Shown: piece by piece, positions 62,665-64,000 of the stretch
Layout: every line of letters starts with the position of its first letter
How positions within the stretch are numbered: position 1 is the first letter of the stretch
Assembly (NCBI GenBank): GCA_963761995.1
Contig: CAVXIU010000006.1
Location: 3,681,684 to 3,745,683, forward strand
Direction: 5' to 3'
DNA: 64,000 nucleotides
Origin: an uncultured delta proteobacterium
Lineage (GTDB): Bacteria > Desulfobacterota > Binatia > UTPRO1
The notes under the pieces: generated by a model
The model's database searches: none
Seen by the model: only the letters and a program-made list of their open reading frames with translations
Told to the model about the DNA's origin: nothing
Program-made: the position numbers and the translations under genes

Positions 62665-63123
62665 ATGACACGCGTGCAAATCGAGACCTTGGATCCAGCA
62701 ACGGCGACCCTGACGCTCTCGCTCGACGTCGGCCTGTACCCGCGCGACGTTCTGTACGCCGCCGCGTACGTGTTCCTGGACCGCGCCTACGTGCTGCTCG
62801 ACCGCCAGGACTCGCGGTTCATCGTGCACTTCCGCGCCAAGCGCCCCCTCGAGGAGGCGACGTTCCGCGCCATGGCGGGCGAGTTCGAGAACGAGCTCCT
62901 CGCGCAGGCGCTGCGCCATCAAGTCGTCGACGCGAACCAGCGCATCATCGAGGACGTCGTCGCGGTCGCCATCGCGGGCGCGTCGGTCAGCGACGAACCC
63001 GAGGCGGGTTCCGCGGCGGAGCATCCTCCGCTCATCGACCCGACAGACCCGGAGGACGGCTTCCTCGGCGACCCGCTCGGCATCGCCCGACCATTCGAGC
63101 CGGAGAAGCAAGGTACCGAATGA
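62665..63123 (+). CDS. Small protein family A, copy 2.
   Basis: 152 aa. Homologous to 52124-52600 (LYPRDVLYAAAYVFLDRAYVLLDR...MAGEFENELLAQALR). Begins 6 nt after the upstream stop. Confidence 0.6.
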   Translation: MTRVQIETLDPATATLTLSLDVGLYPRDVLYAAAYVFLDRAYVLLDRQDSRFIVHFRAKRPLEEATFRAMAGEFENELLAQALRHQVVDANQRIIEDVVAVAIAGASVSDEPEAGSAAEHPPLIDPTDPEDGFLGDPLGIARPFEPEKQGTE

Positions 63124-63366
63124 CGTCGAGCGATACGGACGTAGTGACGATCCGCCTCCATCGGATGCTGTACACGGAAGAAGCAATCGCCGAGGCCGCG
63201 ACCACGTTCGCCGGACTGGCATCGTTCGCCGTCCGTGCCGACGGCGAGCACCACGTCGTGGACGTCAGCGCGATCACGCGCGACGTCGACGGTGACGTGG
63301 TCGCCGAGTTCTGCAATTTCGCGCTCGCGAACTCGGCGCGCGCTGAGCGGAGCGGTCATGCTTGAC
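63120..63366 (+). CDS. Small protein family B, copy 2.
   Basis: 81 aa. ATGA overlap with family A copy 2. LYTEEAIAEAATTFAG...AEFCNFAL aligns with copy 1. Confidence 0.6.
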
Positions 63367-64000
63367 GCCGAGCTCCTGCCCCACGGGCGCCAGGTCGACT
63401 TCACGGATCTCTCCCCGGAGCGCTGGAAGCCGGGCTTCGCGACGCCCTTCAACCAGCGGATGATTCGCGGCAAGGTCCTCATCACGAACGACTTCGGGGA
63501 CTGGCTGCTCCTCACCCCCGACGATTTCCGATCCTTCGTCGAGGGACGGCCAGCAGCCCGGCGAGCCGCTCTACGAAAAGCTCCGCACGGCGAACTTCAT
63601 CGCGCAGGCGGTCGACGTACGGGCGCAGGCGGAGCGCTGGCGACGGAAGAAGCAGTACCTGTTCCACGGCCCCACCCTGCACGGCCTCGTGCTGACGCAT
63701 CGCTGCAACCACGGCTGCCAGTACTGCCACAGCTCGGTCGTCGGGATGGAGCGGACCGACACCGACATGTCGTTCGAGGTAGCGGAGGGCGCGGTCGACG
63801 TGGCGTTCCAGTCGACCGCATGGGCCATCACGATCGAGTTCCAGGGCGGCGAGCCGACCGCGAACTGGGAGGTGCTGCGGCACGTCGTCGAGTACGCGAC
63901 CCGGAAGAACCAGGACGTCGGAAAGATCCTCTCGTTCGCGCTCGTCACGAATCTCTCGCTGATGGACGACGAGCGGCTCGAGTTTCTCCTCGCCCACAAG
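63358..64000 (+). CDS. HxsB-like radical SAM maturase, 5' part (runs off the window). One frameshift at ~63545.
   Basis: Its ATG overlaps the B2 stop by 8 nt. The N-terminal extension KVLITNDFGDWLLLTPDDFRSFVEG parallels the 52862 gene. The frame then shifts to ...LVLTHRCNHGCQYCHSS... (Cx3Cx2C), FQGGEPT and LVTNLS. Confidence 0.65.
   Translation, partial: MLDAELLPHGRQVDFTDLSPERWKPGFATPFNQRMIRGKVLITNDFGDWLLLTPDDFRSFVEGRPAARRAALRKAPHGELHRAGGRRTGAGGALATEEAVPVPRPHPARPRADASLQPRLPVLPQLGRRDGADRHRHVVRGSGGRGRRGVPVDRMGHHDRVPGRRADRELGGAAARRRVRDPEEPGRRKDPLVRARHESLADGRRAARVSPRPQ

Noticed and set aside
1-64000. Search for tRNA, rRNA or other recognisable ncRNA genes in the intergenic regions (24770-25007, 28653-28860, 30883-31293, 42209-42332, 44370-44720, 51596-52123).
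   Set aside because: No cloverleaf-compatible sequence or rRNA-like conserved block was recognisable by eye. I cannot run tRNAscan or cmsearch, so small ncRNAs may have been missed.

Overview
This is high-GC (~70%) bacterial chromosomal DNA. The cysteine-rich repeat proteins and the GT39/TPR glycosyltransferases look myxobacterial in style, but the taxon is my inference. I could not find a convincing tRNA, rRNA or CRISPR array by eye.

What is in the window, left to right:
- An aa3-type cytochrome c oxidase operon in an unusual order: cupredoxin, coxA, coxC, subunit IV, two tiny membrane proteins, then coxB.
- A lower-GC islet carrying a RecB-like PD-(D/E)xK nuclease (Shedu/DUF4263-like).
- Housekeeping genes: ubiB, an ABC-2 exporter, rsmI, an MFS transporter, nadE with its CN-hydrolase partner, and a HIT protein.
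- A secreted metzincin with a long Pro/Thr linker.
- A ~2,300-aa adenylate cyclase / STAND ATPase / NTF2-array protein broken by one 10-bp duplication.
- Four GT39/PMT/TMTC-like membrane glycosyltransferases.
- Three paralogous giant secreted cysteine-rich repeat proteins, one of them decayed.

The most interesting part is at 50.6-64 kb.
- A small gene encodes a ~62-aa leader followed by (His-Gly-Ser)x15. It has a strong ribosome-binding site and sits in an apparent operon behind a Tat-signal protein.
- Divergently from it lies an array of at least seven radical SAM genes. These include a B12-binding class, SPASM/twitch-type C-termini and a Cys-less degenerate paralog.
- The array is bracketed at both ends by duplicated pairs of two small protein families (A1/B1 and A2/B2).
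- This resembles the His-Xaa-Ser (Hxs) repeat-peptide / radical SAM maturase systems, but is much larger. It is heavily frameshifted, so it may be decaying.

Several families of structured intergenic repeats are present. One REP/terminator-like element occurs three times with compensatory stem changes. One MITE-like inverted pair and one nested palindrome are also present.

Frameshifts are strongly non-uniform. There are none in ~30 kb of core genes and roughly 25 in the rSAM cluster, the Cys-rich paralog and the CrtI-like gene. Some are 7-10-bp indels. Two fall in G/C homopolymers and could be sequencing error. Genuine pseudogenisation and indel error therefore cannot be fully separated from sequence alone.
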